Shown: positions 1-15,159 of the stretch, one piece after another
Layout of the letters: every line of letters begins with the position of its first letter
Position numbering within the stretch: position 1 is the stretch's first letter
From: Octopus bimaculoides
Lineage: Eukaryota
Reading direction: 5' to 3'
DNA: 58,172 nucleotides
Assembly (NCBI RefSeq): GCF_001194135.2
Contig: NC_068998.1
Span: forward strand, 16,431,116 to 16,489,287
Notes under the pieces: model-generated
What the model was told of the DNA's origin: nothing
The model's input: the letters and a program-made list of their open reading frames with translations, nothing else
The model's database searches: none
Made by a program: the position numbers and the translations under genes

Positions 1-161
1 CACACACATAGCCACATATATACACATGCATACACAAATACATACATACTTGCATACACATACCCACATACATGCATGCACATACACTCACACATATATG
101 CACATATACACATACACACATACATGCACACACATGCACACACTCATATACACATACATGC

Positions 162-197
<36 letters not shown>

Positions 198-850
198 ACA
201 CATACATACACATACACACATGCACATGCATACACATATACATATGCATACATGCACACACGTCCACACACATACACACACATGAATAGATGTATACACT
301 TACACATATACACACATATGCACACATACACACACTTATACACATATGCACATACATGCTCACATACACCCACCCATACACACATGCACACATACACACA
401 CACGCACACACACACACACACACACACACGCACAGCCATCAATGCAAGCCATCGTTACCTACAAAACAACAAAAATATTTTTAAAATTTGTCAATGAAAT
501 TTTTTTAAAATGCCATAAAAATCTAAAGGAAATGATGCAAGGGAAAAAAATGATTAATAAAAATAAATAAAATCATGCACTCCAGCATGGCCACAGCCCA
601 CCAGTTTGAAACTAGTAAGAAAGAAAAAAATAAAGCAGAAGGAACATAAAATATGCAACATCAGCAGCAGCAGCAGCAGAGACACCAGAGAGCAACAACC
701 TTTTAACAGCAGCAGCGGCGACGGCAGCAGGGTCTTTTAACAGCAGCAATAGAAACAGCGGCAACAGCGTTTAAGTGCAGCAACATCAGCAGCATCGACA
801 ACAACAGCAGCAGCAGCAGCAGCAGCTGCAAACATTGATGTCTGCTGTGG

Positions 851-901
<51 letters not shown>

Positions 902-1013
902 CTGGCAAGGAAAGGCAATTTATGGCATAATTATGGTTAATATCCTGGGAACCAATGGTTGCTCAAACCATTGGTTCCAGGGATTGCTTCTACAAAATGT
1001 TTTTATTGCTACT

Positions 1014-1054
<41 letters not shown>

Positions 1055-1055
1055 T

Positions 1056-1117
<62 letters not shown>

Positions 1118-1160
1118 GGTGGTGGTGGTGGTAGTAGTAGTAGTAGTGGTGGTGGTGGTG

Positions 1161-1225
<65 letters not shown>

Positions 1226-1268
1226 GGTGGTAGTAGTAGTAATAGTAGTAGTAGTAGTAGTAGTAGTG

Positions 1269-1314
<46 letters not shown>

Positions 1315-1334
1315 AAGTAGTAGTGGTAGTAGTG

Positions 1335-1390
<56 letters not shown>

Positions 1391-1420
1391 CACTATTGTT
1401 ATCACTATTGTTGTTGTTGT
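1..1420. repeat. Microsatellite block: (CA/TA)n, (CAG)n, (GAT)n, (TAG/TGG)n
   Basis: Direct reading; source of the poly-T/V/S/Y ORFs in the track. Confidence 0.95.
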
Positions 1421-1969
1421 TGCTGTTGTTAATATTGCTAATGCCGTCAAGATGGCAAGCTAGCAGAGTCATTAGCAAGCCAGGCGAAATATGCCTAATG
1501 GCACTTCGTTTGTCCTTGCATTCTGAGTTCAAATCGCGCCAAGGTCGATTTTTGCCTTTCATCCCTTTTCGGGGTCGATAAAATCAGTACCAGTTGAGCG
1601 CTGGGGGTTAAGGTAATCCCCTTACCCAACAACACTGAAATTGCTGGCCTTGCGCCGAAATTTGAAACCAATATTGCTAATGCAGTTGTTGTTGGCTTTG
1701 TTGTTATTGCTACTGTTGTTGCTATAGCAACTGCTACTGTTGTTGTTGCTATAGCAACTGCTACTGTTATTGTTCTTGCTATTATTGCTACTGTTGTTGC
1801 TAATATTACTATGATTATTGCCATTACTAATGTTGTTACTATTGGAAAAACTGTTGCTATTACTGTTGTTGTTGTAACTGTTGCTAATTTTGTTTTCACT
1901 ATAGTTATAGTTGTTGTTGTTGCTGTTGGTGGTGGTGATGGTGTTACTCTTACTAATATTGTCATTACT

Positions 1970-2351
1970 GTGGAGGAACAATGGCCCAGTGGTTAGGGCA
2001 GCGGACTCGCGGTCATAGGATCGCGGTTTCAATTCCCAGACCGGGCGTTGTGAGTGTTTATTGAGCGAAAACACCTAAAAGCTCCACGAGGCTCCGGCAG
2101 GGGATGGTGGCGAACCCTGCTGTACTCTTTCACCACAACTTTCTCTCACTCTTACTTCCTGTTTCTGTTGTACCTGTATTTCAAAGGGCCAGCCTTGTCA
2201 CACTGTGTCACGATGAATATCCCCGAGAACTATGTTAAGGGTACACGTGTCTGTGGAGTGCTCAGCCACTTGCACGTTAATTTCACGAGCAGGCTGTTCC
2301 GTTGATCGGATCAACTGGAACCCTTGACGTCGTAAGCGACGGAGTGCCAAC
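1970..2351 (+). mobile_element. tRNA-derived SINE, family A (about 380 bp), full length
   Basis: tRNA-like head GGCCCAGTGGTTAGGGCAGCGGACTCGCGG...GGTTTCAATTCCC; 12-bp TSD attgtcattact at 1958-1969 and 2352-2363. Confidence 0.9.
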
Positions 2352-2589
2352 ATTGTCATTACTATTGTCACTGTTGTTGTTACTATTGCTACAGTTGTTG
2401 CTGATGTTTCTATTGCTAATGATGCAGTTGCTATTATTGTTAAAGTTACTATTGCTACAGCTGTGATCAGGGGTGGACTGAGAGTACTAAGGGCCCTCGG
2501 GCATAACTGCTTACCGGGCCCCTTTGAACATGTGTTTTAGTAGAGTTAACATACAGAGTGTGTTGATGCTACTATGACTATTCTACTAT

Positions 2590-3370
2590 CCTTGTTGTTG
2601 TTGTTACTATTGCTACTATTGTTACTGTTGTCATCACCATTGCTAATGTAGTTACCATTGATAATGCTGTTGCAACTGTTGTCGTTGTTATTGCTAATTT
2701 TGTTTTTAGTATTAATACTGCCATTACTATTGCAAATGTTGCAGTTGCTATGGCTACTGATATTACAGTTGCTACAGCTTGCTACTGTTGTTGTTACTAT
2801 TGCCAATATTCTTGTTGTTACTGTTGCTATTTTCATTGTTACCATTGCTACTGTTGTTGCTATTGTTGCTATTGCTATTGCCATTGTCACTTTTGCTAAT
2901 GTTATTGTTGCTATTGTCAATATTCTTGTTGTTACCATTGCTATTGTTGTTGCTATTGCTATTGCCGTTGTTACTTTTGCTAATGTTATTGTTGCTATTG
3001 CCAATATTTTTGTTGTTACCATTGCTACTGTTGTTGCTAATGTTGCTATTGCTATTTGCTGTTGTTACTTTTGCTAATGTTTCTGTTGCTATTGCCAATA
3101 TTCTTGTTGTTACCATTGCTATTGTTGTTGCTATTGCTATTTGCCGTTGTTACTTTTGCTAATGTTATTGTTGCTATTGCCAATATTCTTGTTGTTACCA
3201 TTGCTACAGCTATTGTCGTAATTGCAACTATTGTTGCCTTTGTTTTTTACTGTCGCCTCTGCAGTTGCTTATGCAGTTGCTTATGCAGCTGCTATTACTA
3301 CTGCTGTTGCCATAGTTGTAGTTGTTACTACTGCTACTGCTGCTGCTGCTGCTACTGCTGTTGTTGCTTA
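2590..3370. repeat. Cryptically simple trinucleotide region containing 4 copies of an ~84-bp unit
   Basis: ttgt(c/t)acttttgctaatgtt.. recurs at 2884, 2968, 3062 and 3147. Confidence 0.8.
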
Positions 3371-3618
3371 TACTGTGTCATTATTTATATTGCCTAAGGC
3401 AGCGAGCTGGCAGAATCGTTAGCATGCCAGGCAAAATGCTTAGTGGCATTTCGCCTGTTTTTGTGTTCTGAGTTCAAATTCCACCAAAATCAACTTTACC
3501 TTTCATCCTTTCCGGGTAGATAAATTAAGTACCAGTAAAACACTGGGGTTGATGCAATCGACTAATCCCCTCCCCCAAAATTGCATGCCTTGTGCCTTTA
3601 GTAGAAAGGATTACTTAC

Positions 3619-5055
<1,437 letters not shown>

Positions 5056-6847
5056 TTAGAGATGACAGGTGAGAAGTTTTGATAGTGATGTTAGGTGTTC
5101 GTTGATAACAGAGAGTTTTGGTGTTGATAATGATAGTTCGATGATGACAGCTATAAGGTGGTGTTTGATGATTATGGTTTAATCCTTTAGTTGCTGTATC
5201 TCTTTCAAAAATACACTACCTTTGTTTTAATTGACTTTGAAACTAATGACGAAGAATTTAGTAAAACAACTTTGTCGTTGTTAAGTTGGTGTTTAAGGTA
5301 ATGAGCTGACAGAATTGTTGGCACATTGGTCAAGATGTTTTTACGGTATTTCGTCTGATTTTACATTCTGAGTTCGAATTCTACTGGGATTGATTTTGCC
5401 TTTCATTCTTTTGGGGTTGGTAAAATAAGTACCAGTGGAATAATGGGTGCCAGGTGGTCATTGTAAACAATTTATACCTTCACCCAAAACTACTGGCCTT
5501 GTGTCAAAATTTGAAACCATTATTAAGCTGGTGTTTGAAACATAAATTAACATAAAATTTTGAAGGAAGTTTTTTTTCAATTTGGATTACTCAAAAACAT
5601 TATTTTTGTATCAAAGAACCAGAGCCAATCTCAGGCAGTTTGGTAACTGAAGGGTTAATGATTGGTTATGGCAAAGAGTTTGAGGATGATGGTGTCAGTT
5701 TGATGATGAGATAGATTTGTGATGACATAAAGTTTAGTGATGACAGAGAGAGTTTGCAGAAGGCAATGTGTTAGGTGATAACAGAGATTTTGGTGATGAC
5801 ATGAATGGTTTGATGATGACAGCGACAGTTTCGTGATGACAGAGTTTTGTGATGACAAAGAGTTTAGTGATGACAGTAATAGCTTAGTGGTGACAATGAT
5901 AGCCTACTGTTGATAGTCATGGTTTGTTGATGACGGAAAGAATTTTGGTGATGACAGAGATAGTTTTGTGATGATAAAGAGTTTTGTGATGACAAAGAGT
6001 TTGGTGATGATGATTATTCAACTGACTAGAAACAGTAGCCAAATTTCCTTCTAAATCCACACCCTCCCACATTAAGTACAAAAGGATACATCAGGAAATG
6101 TGACCCACAGTACACTATTTCTGAAAAATAAACATGGTCATGACTTGAATGCCCTTTGTACATATTTAGGTCTAGGCAACATTTGACATTCTACATGAAG
6201 GCACAAGCTTCAGCACTAACAAAACATTCCAAGCTCCATATATTACAAAGACAGTGGTATCTCACAGTGTATGGTTTAAAACTTGGATTAAAATATAGGA
6301 ACACATATTTTTATTGTCTCTATGGTCAAGAATAGACATCGGTAACCTTTTTCGAGAAACAAGTCATATGAGACATTGCACATCATAAGGTGAGCTGCAC
6401 AACTAAGGAGGAGGAGGACTGAGTGGTTTCTATTTAGAAGATTCACACACTTAAAGTGGACAATGGTTTTAAAAAATTATCCTTAATCTTCCTGCAGAGA
6501 CATATACCTTAGCAAAATGTTTTATTCTCATGCATTTATATCATGTTCATCTGTCAGAGTCACAAGGATCATATAGTCTTAATTAAGAATGATTGGTGGC
6601 TTTCACAGTGACTTTGTTTAATGTGAAGAAGAATTGCATGCCATCAACCGCTTTTGTTCGTGACTATATTCTATCCAGTGGCAAGACTGGCTGAAGATGC
6701 GACTGGGAATGGCAAGATGCAATAGATGACCAAGATGTTTTACTAGCCTCATCTTGTTCTCTACACTTACAGGCAGTGCTCCAGCATAGCTGCAGTCCAA
6801 TGACTGAAACAAGTAAAAGACAAAAGATATATGTATGTATGTATGTA

Positions 6848-6896
<49 letters not shown>

Positions 6897-7760
6897 TGGT
6901 GTTAGGAAGGGTATCCAGCTGTAAAAAACCCTGTCAAAACAGTCACAGAAGTCTGGTGCAGGCTTCTACCTGGCCAGCTCCTGTTAAACCGTCCCACCCA
7001 TGCCAGCATCGAAGGCAGACGTTAAACGAAGATGATGATGATGATGATGATGATGAAATATATATATATATAAATAGCTAGTCATAGTATACTGACCAGC
7101 CATATCAATNNNNNNNNNNNNNNNNNNNNNNNNNNNNNNNNNNNNNNNNNNNNNNNNNNNNNNNNNNNNNNNNNNNNNNNNNNNNNNNNNNNNNNNNNNN
7201 NNNNNNNNTAAACTCTAGTCCTCAGGTCGTAAATGGGTATGATTTATATGTAGGAAATTATCTATGGCTGGAATAAATAATTTCTTAATCCTTCCTTATC
7301 AAAAGGCATTTATATACATTCATGCATACACATATAAACTACACACACACACACACACACACACACATGATTATTTTGTTTACTTTGTCTGTGAAGAATA
7401 TGTTAATATATTAAGAATTTACCACGTAGCTTATTCAGTACATGAACCCAGCCAGTCAACTTTGCTATTCAAATCCATTCAAATACCCCTAATTAAATTA
7501 TTTTCTCTCAGTTTGTTTGTTTTGTTTTTTTTATTATGTAAATTACCTTTGACCAAGAATATGCTGAAATATTTTTGGTCTGTGTGAAATTGTTTATTGC
7601 TGTTCAGAGGTGGAAAATGCTATACTAGGATAAAACTGTAACAAATCAAATACAATATGTGTGTGTGTGTGTGTGTGTGTGTGTTTAAGCATGTATGTAG
7701 GTGTATGTAAGTAGATATGTAGGTATAGATATATACATTATATACATATATATATGTATG

Positions 7761-7825
<65 letters not shown>

Positions 7826-8194
7826 NNNNNNNNNNNNNNNNNNNNNNNNNNNNNNNNNNNNNNNNNNNNNNNNNNNNNNNNNNNNNNNNNNNNNNNNNNN
7901 NNNNNNNNNNNNNNNNNNNNNNNNNNNNNNNNNNNNNNNNNNNNNNNNNNNNNNNNNNNNNNNNNNNNNNNNNNNNNNNNNNNNNNNNNNNNNNNNNNNN
8001 NNNNNNNNNNNNNNNNNNNNNNNNNNNNNNNNNNNNNNNNNNNNNNNNNNNNNNNNNNNNNNNNNNNNNNNNNNNNNNNNNNNNNNNNNNNNNNNNNNNN
8101 NNNNNNNNNNNNNNNNNNNNNNNNNNNNNNNNNNNNNNNNNNNNNNNNNNNNNNNNNNNNNNNNNNNNNNNNNNNNNNNNNNNNNNNNNNNNNN

Positions 8195-8244
<50 letters not shown>

Positions 8245-8439
8245 CATACATACATACACGCATATACACACACGTATACACACACAAACACCCACACACA
8301 TAAACACACATATATACACACACATATACACACATATATACATACACATATATTCACACACATACACACGCATATACACACACCCACATATATACGCACA
8401 AATATACATATGAGTATATTTTAGTATACGCATTTAATA

Positions 8440-9190
8440 AAAAGTCGGTGCTCGTATGCATAAAGAATAATTTATATTGTATCTAATTTTCACGAAACCT
8501 ACCTTAATCTGTACAACACCTGTAGAAGCAAACAGATGCTGTATCAGGTCATCGTCCAGCAACGTTGCTTAGGTTTTAATTCTTCTTATTCGGGTTGTCT
8601 GGGATCATTGCAATAATAAATCTTCATCGACCTGAATAAAGTGACATTTGCGGGGAGCAGACGTGTTGCTAAGGTAAACACTACCGAATCAGGTCAATAA
8701 TTGGTAAGGGAGGCAATTCCTATGGGGAGGTAACTCACATAGTCTTTTTAAAAATAAGTAGAGTCGTTTACCATCATGCGATATGTGATCGAATGACAAC
8801 TATAAACAGATTCGTTTTAAACGCCGTGACCATACTGACGTTTATGGTGTTTAATGTGTCTAGAATTAAAACATTCAATGTATATTTGCAGTTCGGCAAA
8901 GACATTCGGATAGAGTACCAGACTTTTTTTTTTTATGAATATTTATTGGTTTCGATTTTGTTCGAGTGCCCCAATCAAAGCGATGCAGCACAGAATTTTG
9001 TCAGTGAACAGGTCGCGGTCTCAAAGCGACGAAAATATTTTGACAAATTAAATTTAAATGTTGAAATGAATCTTACGATTTTTGTGTGTTATTTTAAATG
9101 GCTTATAAACACCTGCCACGCTGCAATTGTTTTCGTTCCAGCACACGATCTCAGATCAAGTCACTTGCTATGCAACTACATCTCCGTAAT
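8440..9190 (-). promoter_or_regulatory. Candidate promoter and 5'UTR exon of the CCDC177-like gene
   Basis: Unique sequence visibly richer in CpG than its flanks; strong minus-strand donor AAG|gtaggt (exon end 8503); RFX X-box-like motifs at 8558-8569, 8665-8679 and 9164-9176. Confidence 0.35.
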
Positions 9191-11134
9191 ATATATATAT
9201 ATATANNNNNNNNNNNNNNNNNNNNNNNNNNNNNNNNNNNNNNNNNNNNNNNNNNNNNNNNNNNNNNNNNNNNNNNNNNNNNNNNNNNNNNNNNNNNNNN
9301 NNNNNNNNNNNNNNNNNNNNNNNNNNNNNNNNNNNNNNNNNNNNNNNNNNNNNNNNNNNNNNNNNNNNNNNNNNNNNNNNNNNNNNNNNNNNNNNNNNNN
9401 NNNNNNNNNNNNNNNNNNNNNNNNNNNNNNNNNNNNNNNNNNNNNNNNNNNNNNNNNNNNNNNNNNNNNNNNNNNNNNNNNNNNNNNNNNNNNNNNNNNN
9501 NNNNNNNNNNNNNNNNNNNNNNNNNNNNNNNNNNNNNNNNNNNNNNNNNNNNNNNNNNNNNNNNNNNNNNNNNNNNNNNNNNNNNNNNNNNNNNNNNNNN
9601 NNNNNNNNNNNNNNNNNNNNNNNNNNNNNNNNNNNNNNNNNNNNNNNNNNNNNNNNNNNNNNNNNNNNNNNNNNNNNNNNNNNNNNNNNNNNNNNNNNNN
9701 NNNNNNNNNNNNNNNNNNNNNNNNNNNNNNNNNNNNNNNNNNNNNNNNNNNNNNNNNNNNNNNTATATTATATATATATACGCAAATGTATGTATATGGT
9801 CGTGCGGCTTTGATATCCAATTTGTAGAATGTATATTGGTTCTGTACCAACTTGGATTTAAATTGAATTAAAGTTCGTCTACATTTACAATTTTTTCGTT
9901 TCCTTATACTTCATTTATATATATATGTATACGACGGGTTTCTATCAGTTTCTGTCTACCAAATCCACTCACAAGGATTTGGTTGGCCCGAGGCTGTAGT
10001 AGAAGACATTTGCTCAAGGTGCCACGCAGTGGGACTGAACCCAGGACCATATGGTTGGGAAACAAGCTTCTTACCACACAGCCACTCCCGCGCCTATAAT
10101 ATGAAGTTTTTGTGTTGTGTAGTCGATGTGTCACCCATTGTAACGATAAGTATTATTTACCAATTGTACTGGTTATAAGATGAACGATGAAGATGATCAG
10201 CATTTTTATAGAAATATTTATTTACCGTTACTTTATATGTTGCCATACCACAACGGGTAGGCCAGTGTAATAGTATAACAGTTTGCACGTAAAACATACA
10301 AGGTTAAGAATTTCGGCCTGTATCTGTATGTACACTTTTTCATAGTAGTATTTATATAGAGAGAGAGATGGTAGGGTTATAGAGAAAAGGATGCGAGCTC
10401 GTATTAGTTATAAGGTGTGCGACGTTGTCTCACAGTGGCTGACAGTAAACTTCTTTCTCCCTCTGGCCAAGGTTGTAGCTGGTCAGCCAGGCTTCGTTCT
10501 CCATGAGTCGTCACCGACGGATGACTAAAAAGAGAAAGTTTGCTTGAAGGTCTCCTGTTTTTATAGCTATCAAGAAGGGTAGTGAGTGCAAAGAATTTAG
10601 CTGGCGATCTTGTTTATCTCTATACTAGATGGAGTAGAAGAGGTCAGAAAGGGTCAAGTGGTGAGGGAAGTATATAGGAAGAAATCGTTGTGCATGCAGG
10701 TATTATTTTTAATGATTTATAATGCAAGGGAGAGAACTACAATATTACTTAAATTCCTTGCACCGTAAAATAATATTATACAAATTTCTAGAACATTTTT
10801 TTTTTTAACTCTAACCTACATGGGGATATCGAAGTTGTTAGAATGTAAACCCAAATGAAATATTTTATTTCGTACGGTACTGGAACCATGAGTTTGGTCT
10901 GTACATATTTTCCCTGCCAAAATTTTATATATATAACACGTATGTATATGATACATGAATAATACAGAACCATATTATAATACAAATCCTAAACAATAAT
11001 CATGATTCTTTCATAAGTTCTTACAAAAGAAAGACAAGAAAAAAGCGGGAGAAAAAAGAAAAAGGGGTGAGAAAAAAAGAAAAATAGAAGAAATAGAGAA
11101 AAAACATCAATGCAGCACCAAGTACTTCAATTGA

Positions 11135-11385
11135 TCACACACTAAAAGGCCAACAAGCCAGCACGCTCGCAGCATTACCACGGGCAATGGCGAAGCTAAG
11201 GCGTTGGAAAAGCCAAGCGCCCTCACGGGCATCACCTGACACCTTGATAAGGTGACCTGCCAACGATGACAAGAACTTTGCCGTTAGTGGATTACCCCTC
11301 CAAACGTCTCAAACGCCACAGGCTGGAAGAGATAGTTCACTGTTAGGCTCCGATACTTCAGGTTCCTATTCCAGGTTCTAATTTT
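11135..11385 (-). mobile_element. 3' fragment of a CRE-like non-LTR retrotransposon (restriction-like endonuclease C-terminus)
   Basis: KYRSLTVNYLFQPVAFETFGG, a frameshift, then AKFLSSLAGHLIKVSGDAREGAWLFQRLSFAIARGNAASVLA*. Confidence 0.75.
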
Positions 11386-11763
11386 CCCCCGTAAATTGAT
11401 GAGATAATTACTTATAGATAAATATGGTTCATAGCAATGTGTGAAAAAATAATACAAAAATGACATCGTATGTAAGCAGATACACATCATATGCGCACAC
11501 ACGCACACACACGCACACACACACGCACAGATATTATACTATGAGCGTGTGCGTGTATATTATATATGTATGTATATATATGGATGAATGGATACTTACA
11601 CACACACATACGTACATACATACATACATACATACACGCATGCACATGCAAGCACGCACACGCACACATCCATGCAAACATGCACACACAGGCACACACA
11701 CCCACATGCATGCATGCATACATACATACATACATACATACATACATACATACATACATACAT

Positions 11764-13028
11764 ACACAACGTGCATCAGCTATTTGAGAACAACACTTTT
11801 ATGAACCATATGTCATAGACTTTTAGTAAATATTTCTCTTTTTACAACTTCAAAATGGACGTTTTGAATTTATCACAGACGATGAAAAAAACATTCCATT
11901 TTTGTCGCCTGAGCTACCAACTCCAGTAGTTATAAGATTGCAACCTTAGTAAATGTCACCATGTCGTTTCTGCTTAAGATAAGAAAGGAGCTCCAAGCCC
12001 CAAGTGGGAATATGATGTCCGTGGCCAAAAGATAAAAAAAAAAAAGACATTCTTGACAGTCGGACTTTCTCGGAAAAGATGAATTTGTCCAGCAAGTCTC
12101 TGGACTTGTTGGACAACGTGAATTGCAGCAAGTCAATGTGGATCATTGCCAATCATCTCCATTTGTCGAAGTTAACGATTTGACATGTGGTGCATGGACA
12201 CATCAGTTTCAAATTCTATGTTATAAGAAGAGGACAGTTCATGTCTAATTAGAACTGAGAATAGCGAGTGGTCTGTCGAATCGATTTCTGAACAAACTCA
12301 AGCAGCCTGAAGAGTCCGACATGCTCTGGTGCTTCTCAGATGAGAACTTTGTCCTTGATCAAAAAGTGATCAAAAGAATTGACAGATTGCTCTATGCCAG
12401 CCCTTCTGTTATGCCCACCAAGTTCGTATAGTTTCTTATAGTCTTGGGGTCATAACGATGAGAGCCATGTCATGCCTCCTCCCTTTTTCTTGCAACGTCT
12501 TAGGGTAGATACGGCAGCCTAAACCAAGACAAAAGAGACTGTTACCAAGCTCTGGATCAAGAGAGTCATTCGAAGAAAGCTGTATATGTTCCAACAAGAT
12601 TCTTCTCCTCCTCTTCACACATCCTGAACAACCCAAGAGTGGACGACCGAAAATACTCATGATCACATTGCCTATCATGTTTGACCTTCAAACTCTCCTG
12701 ATTTAACCCCACAGGACTACGATGTGTGGGGCTTCATTGAGATGGACTATAATAAGCATACTCACAATACCAAGGACTTTTTTATGTCTGCTATAGGGGA
12801 CTTTATGGCCAACATGAATATAGATCACCTGATCAACACTTTAGTTATTTCAGAAGCCATATCAAGGCAGTAATCGAGGTTGGTGGCAGCTTTGCTGAAT
12901 AGGCTTTTGCTACTAAGTGTATGTAAGAATATGTGTAATAGACTATAAAAGTATATTGATTTTTCTTATAAATATTTTTACTTTCCTTAAATTAAGAAGT
13001 TGTGTTCAAATAGCTCCCACACCCTGTA
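11764..13028 (+). mobile_element. Decayed Tc1/mariner transposon, DD37D (maT)-like
   Basis: Degenerate FSDE, FQQD and (W)PSNSPDLTPQDYDVWG motifs. The right TIR ends ...aaatagctcccacaccctgta and the left end retains agctatttga..acaac. Confidence 0.8.
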
Positions 13029-13680
13029 GGTATGTGTGCGTATGTGTGTGTGCGCACATGTGGTTTATATATATATATATATATATATATNNNNNNNNNN
13101 ACAACAAAAGAAAGAAAGAGACCTCGATATTATGCAAATAGAGGAATTTATCTGTAAAAATATGTGGCACTTATTCAGTAGCCATGATAAAACTCCGAGT
13201 TTCGGATGCCAGGGTGGGAGCCCACGCCAATATCTCTTCAGTTATCCGGCCAATTGAAAATTCCTGTGAAAAATGACCGTTAAAAACAAAGGGAAATTAC
13301 TGTGTGGTGACAAGGTCAAAACGCGTCCAAAACTGCGTATATTGTCGCATGCACAATGGATATATGCGTGCATATATCCATTGTGCATGCGACAATATAC
13401 AGTTATCGAATTCAAAGATAAGTACTGAGTTAGAAACGATAGACTGGAGATATTCGATGTTACTATGGGGTCAACAGACTCTTCACAAGTTACAGACTTA
13501 GGAGGAATCTATGTATTATTTAGCATAAACAGATATCTATGCAGACCACAGGTTGACCTTGCAACCTTACATACCCCCTGTAACCTTCTACATTTGTCTC
13601 CATATATGTGGATGTGCACACACATATACATCTATGTATCTATGCTTTTCCTCACTTTCTCTTTTTAATCTTATATGCAA

Positions 13681-14061
13681 AATTGAGACAGTATTAAATT
13701 AAAATAGCTATCTGTATATCATACTTTGTGTATATACACTGTTGATAGGCCAGTTACTGTGATATCTGTCCTGAAATAACATCTCTTACGGATCTCCTAT
13801 GCTAAAAACAGTATGTGCCTGCGGCTGCAAGTACATACCATTGCAAAGGGCAAAATAGAAAGCCAAACTGCATCTGGCATTCCTACTGGCCACTGCTGAG
13901 ATTAATTTTCCTTTTTTTCCAATATTTATTGTATTTTTAACACAACACATCAATAAGAGATGCTTTCTCAGCACAAATACTGTAGTAACTAGCTTATCAA
14001 CAGTGTATATACATTAAGTATGATATACAGATAGCTATTTTAATTTAATACTGCTTGAATT
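13681..14061. repeat. Foldback inverted repeat (~107-bp arms)
   Basis: 13681-13787 vs 13955-14061, roughly 85% identical by eye, including a 37-bp perfect core (aagtatgatatacagatagctattttaatttaatactg). Confidence 0.9.
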
Positions 14062-14487
14062 GTTTATACCAGGTTAATGAAAGAAAAATTAATATGGGGT
14101 TGAAGGTTGATATTTATCAGCTGTGAAATAACGGACTAAATCTTAAATGTATAATTTAAAGTTCTACTGTTACTAATAGTTAACTTATCAGAGCCTGATT
14201 AATGAAAATTGTGCTTTATCAGTGATTTACCAATGATTGGTTAAGCCTTTTGATGTCAACTTGCTTGAAACTGCCAATGGTTTAATGATGTAAATCTAAT
14301 CATTTTAAAGTGTGTTTATATTTATAAATTTAAACATATTAAGCCTATTATAGTTTTATATGAGAACATTTTGCTAAAGGTAAGTTCAAAACATCTGATT
14401 AGTAATGAAAAAATTTATTATGGGGGCGGGGGGGGGNNNNNNNNNNNNNNNNNNNNNNNNNNNNNNNNNNNNNNNNNNNNNNNNNNN

Positions 14488-14704
14488 GGGGGGGGGTACT
14501 GAAAAGTTCCTAGCTTTGGGTAAAAGAAAATACAGGAGGATCAGTTAATTATTATTTTATTCCACATATTCGCTTTTCAGATTCACACACTTATTGCAGT
14601 GGTCCTTCAGTTTTTTTAAACTCTGTAAAAGAACTTGGAAGGTTGGGCCTCCAGCCAGGCCTTTCATGATACCCTTAAAACCAGGAACTTTCCAGCACCC
14701 CCTC
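14488..14704. mobile_element. Mariner-derived MITE
   Basis: TIRs ggggtactgaaaagttcctagcttt and aaaccaggaactttccagcacccctcg; the left end abuts an N-gap. Confidence 0.7.
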
Positions 14705-14990
14705 GAATATTATTAAATCCTTTCACATTTTTTATTGTATCTTCATCATTATGATAATCAGCATTTTTATGTTTGCCTTTCAATGCTTGCATGGATTGGA
14801 CAGGGTTTTACAGTGGCAGATTTTCTACAGCTGGATGCCTTTCCTGTTGCCAATCTTTACCTACTTCTAAGCCAGGTAATATTTCTCCATGGTCAAATAT
14901 GTTTTTGCTGAATATTGTAAACGAGCAATATTCATTTACAACAATCATACAATATCAAAACAAGGTCACACAAACATATGCACACACACA

Positions 14991-15058
<68 letters not shown>

Positions 15059-15092
15059 TATATACATGCATACATATCTATATATATTTACA

Positions 15093-15159
<67 letters not shown>

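Noticed and set aside
1970-2050. tRNA gene call for the SINE heads
   Set aside because: They are tRNA-like only at the A/B boxes, continue into a fixed 300-bp body and have TSDs, so they are SINEs.
26-3422. Long ORFs of poly-T/V/S/Y, HT-repeat or TIVA-rich peptides
   Set aside because: Translations of simple repeats, open on several frames at once, with no splice signals or family motifs.
10266-10782. Possible solo LTR (TGTA...TACA)
   Set aside because: No matching target-site duplication and no second copy in the window.
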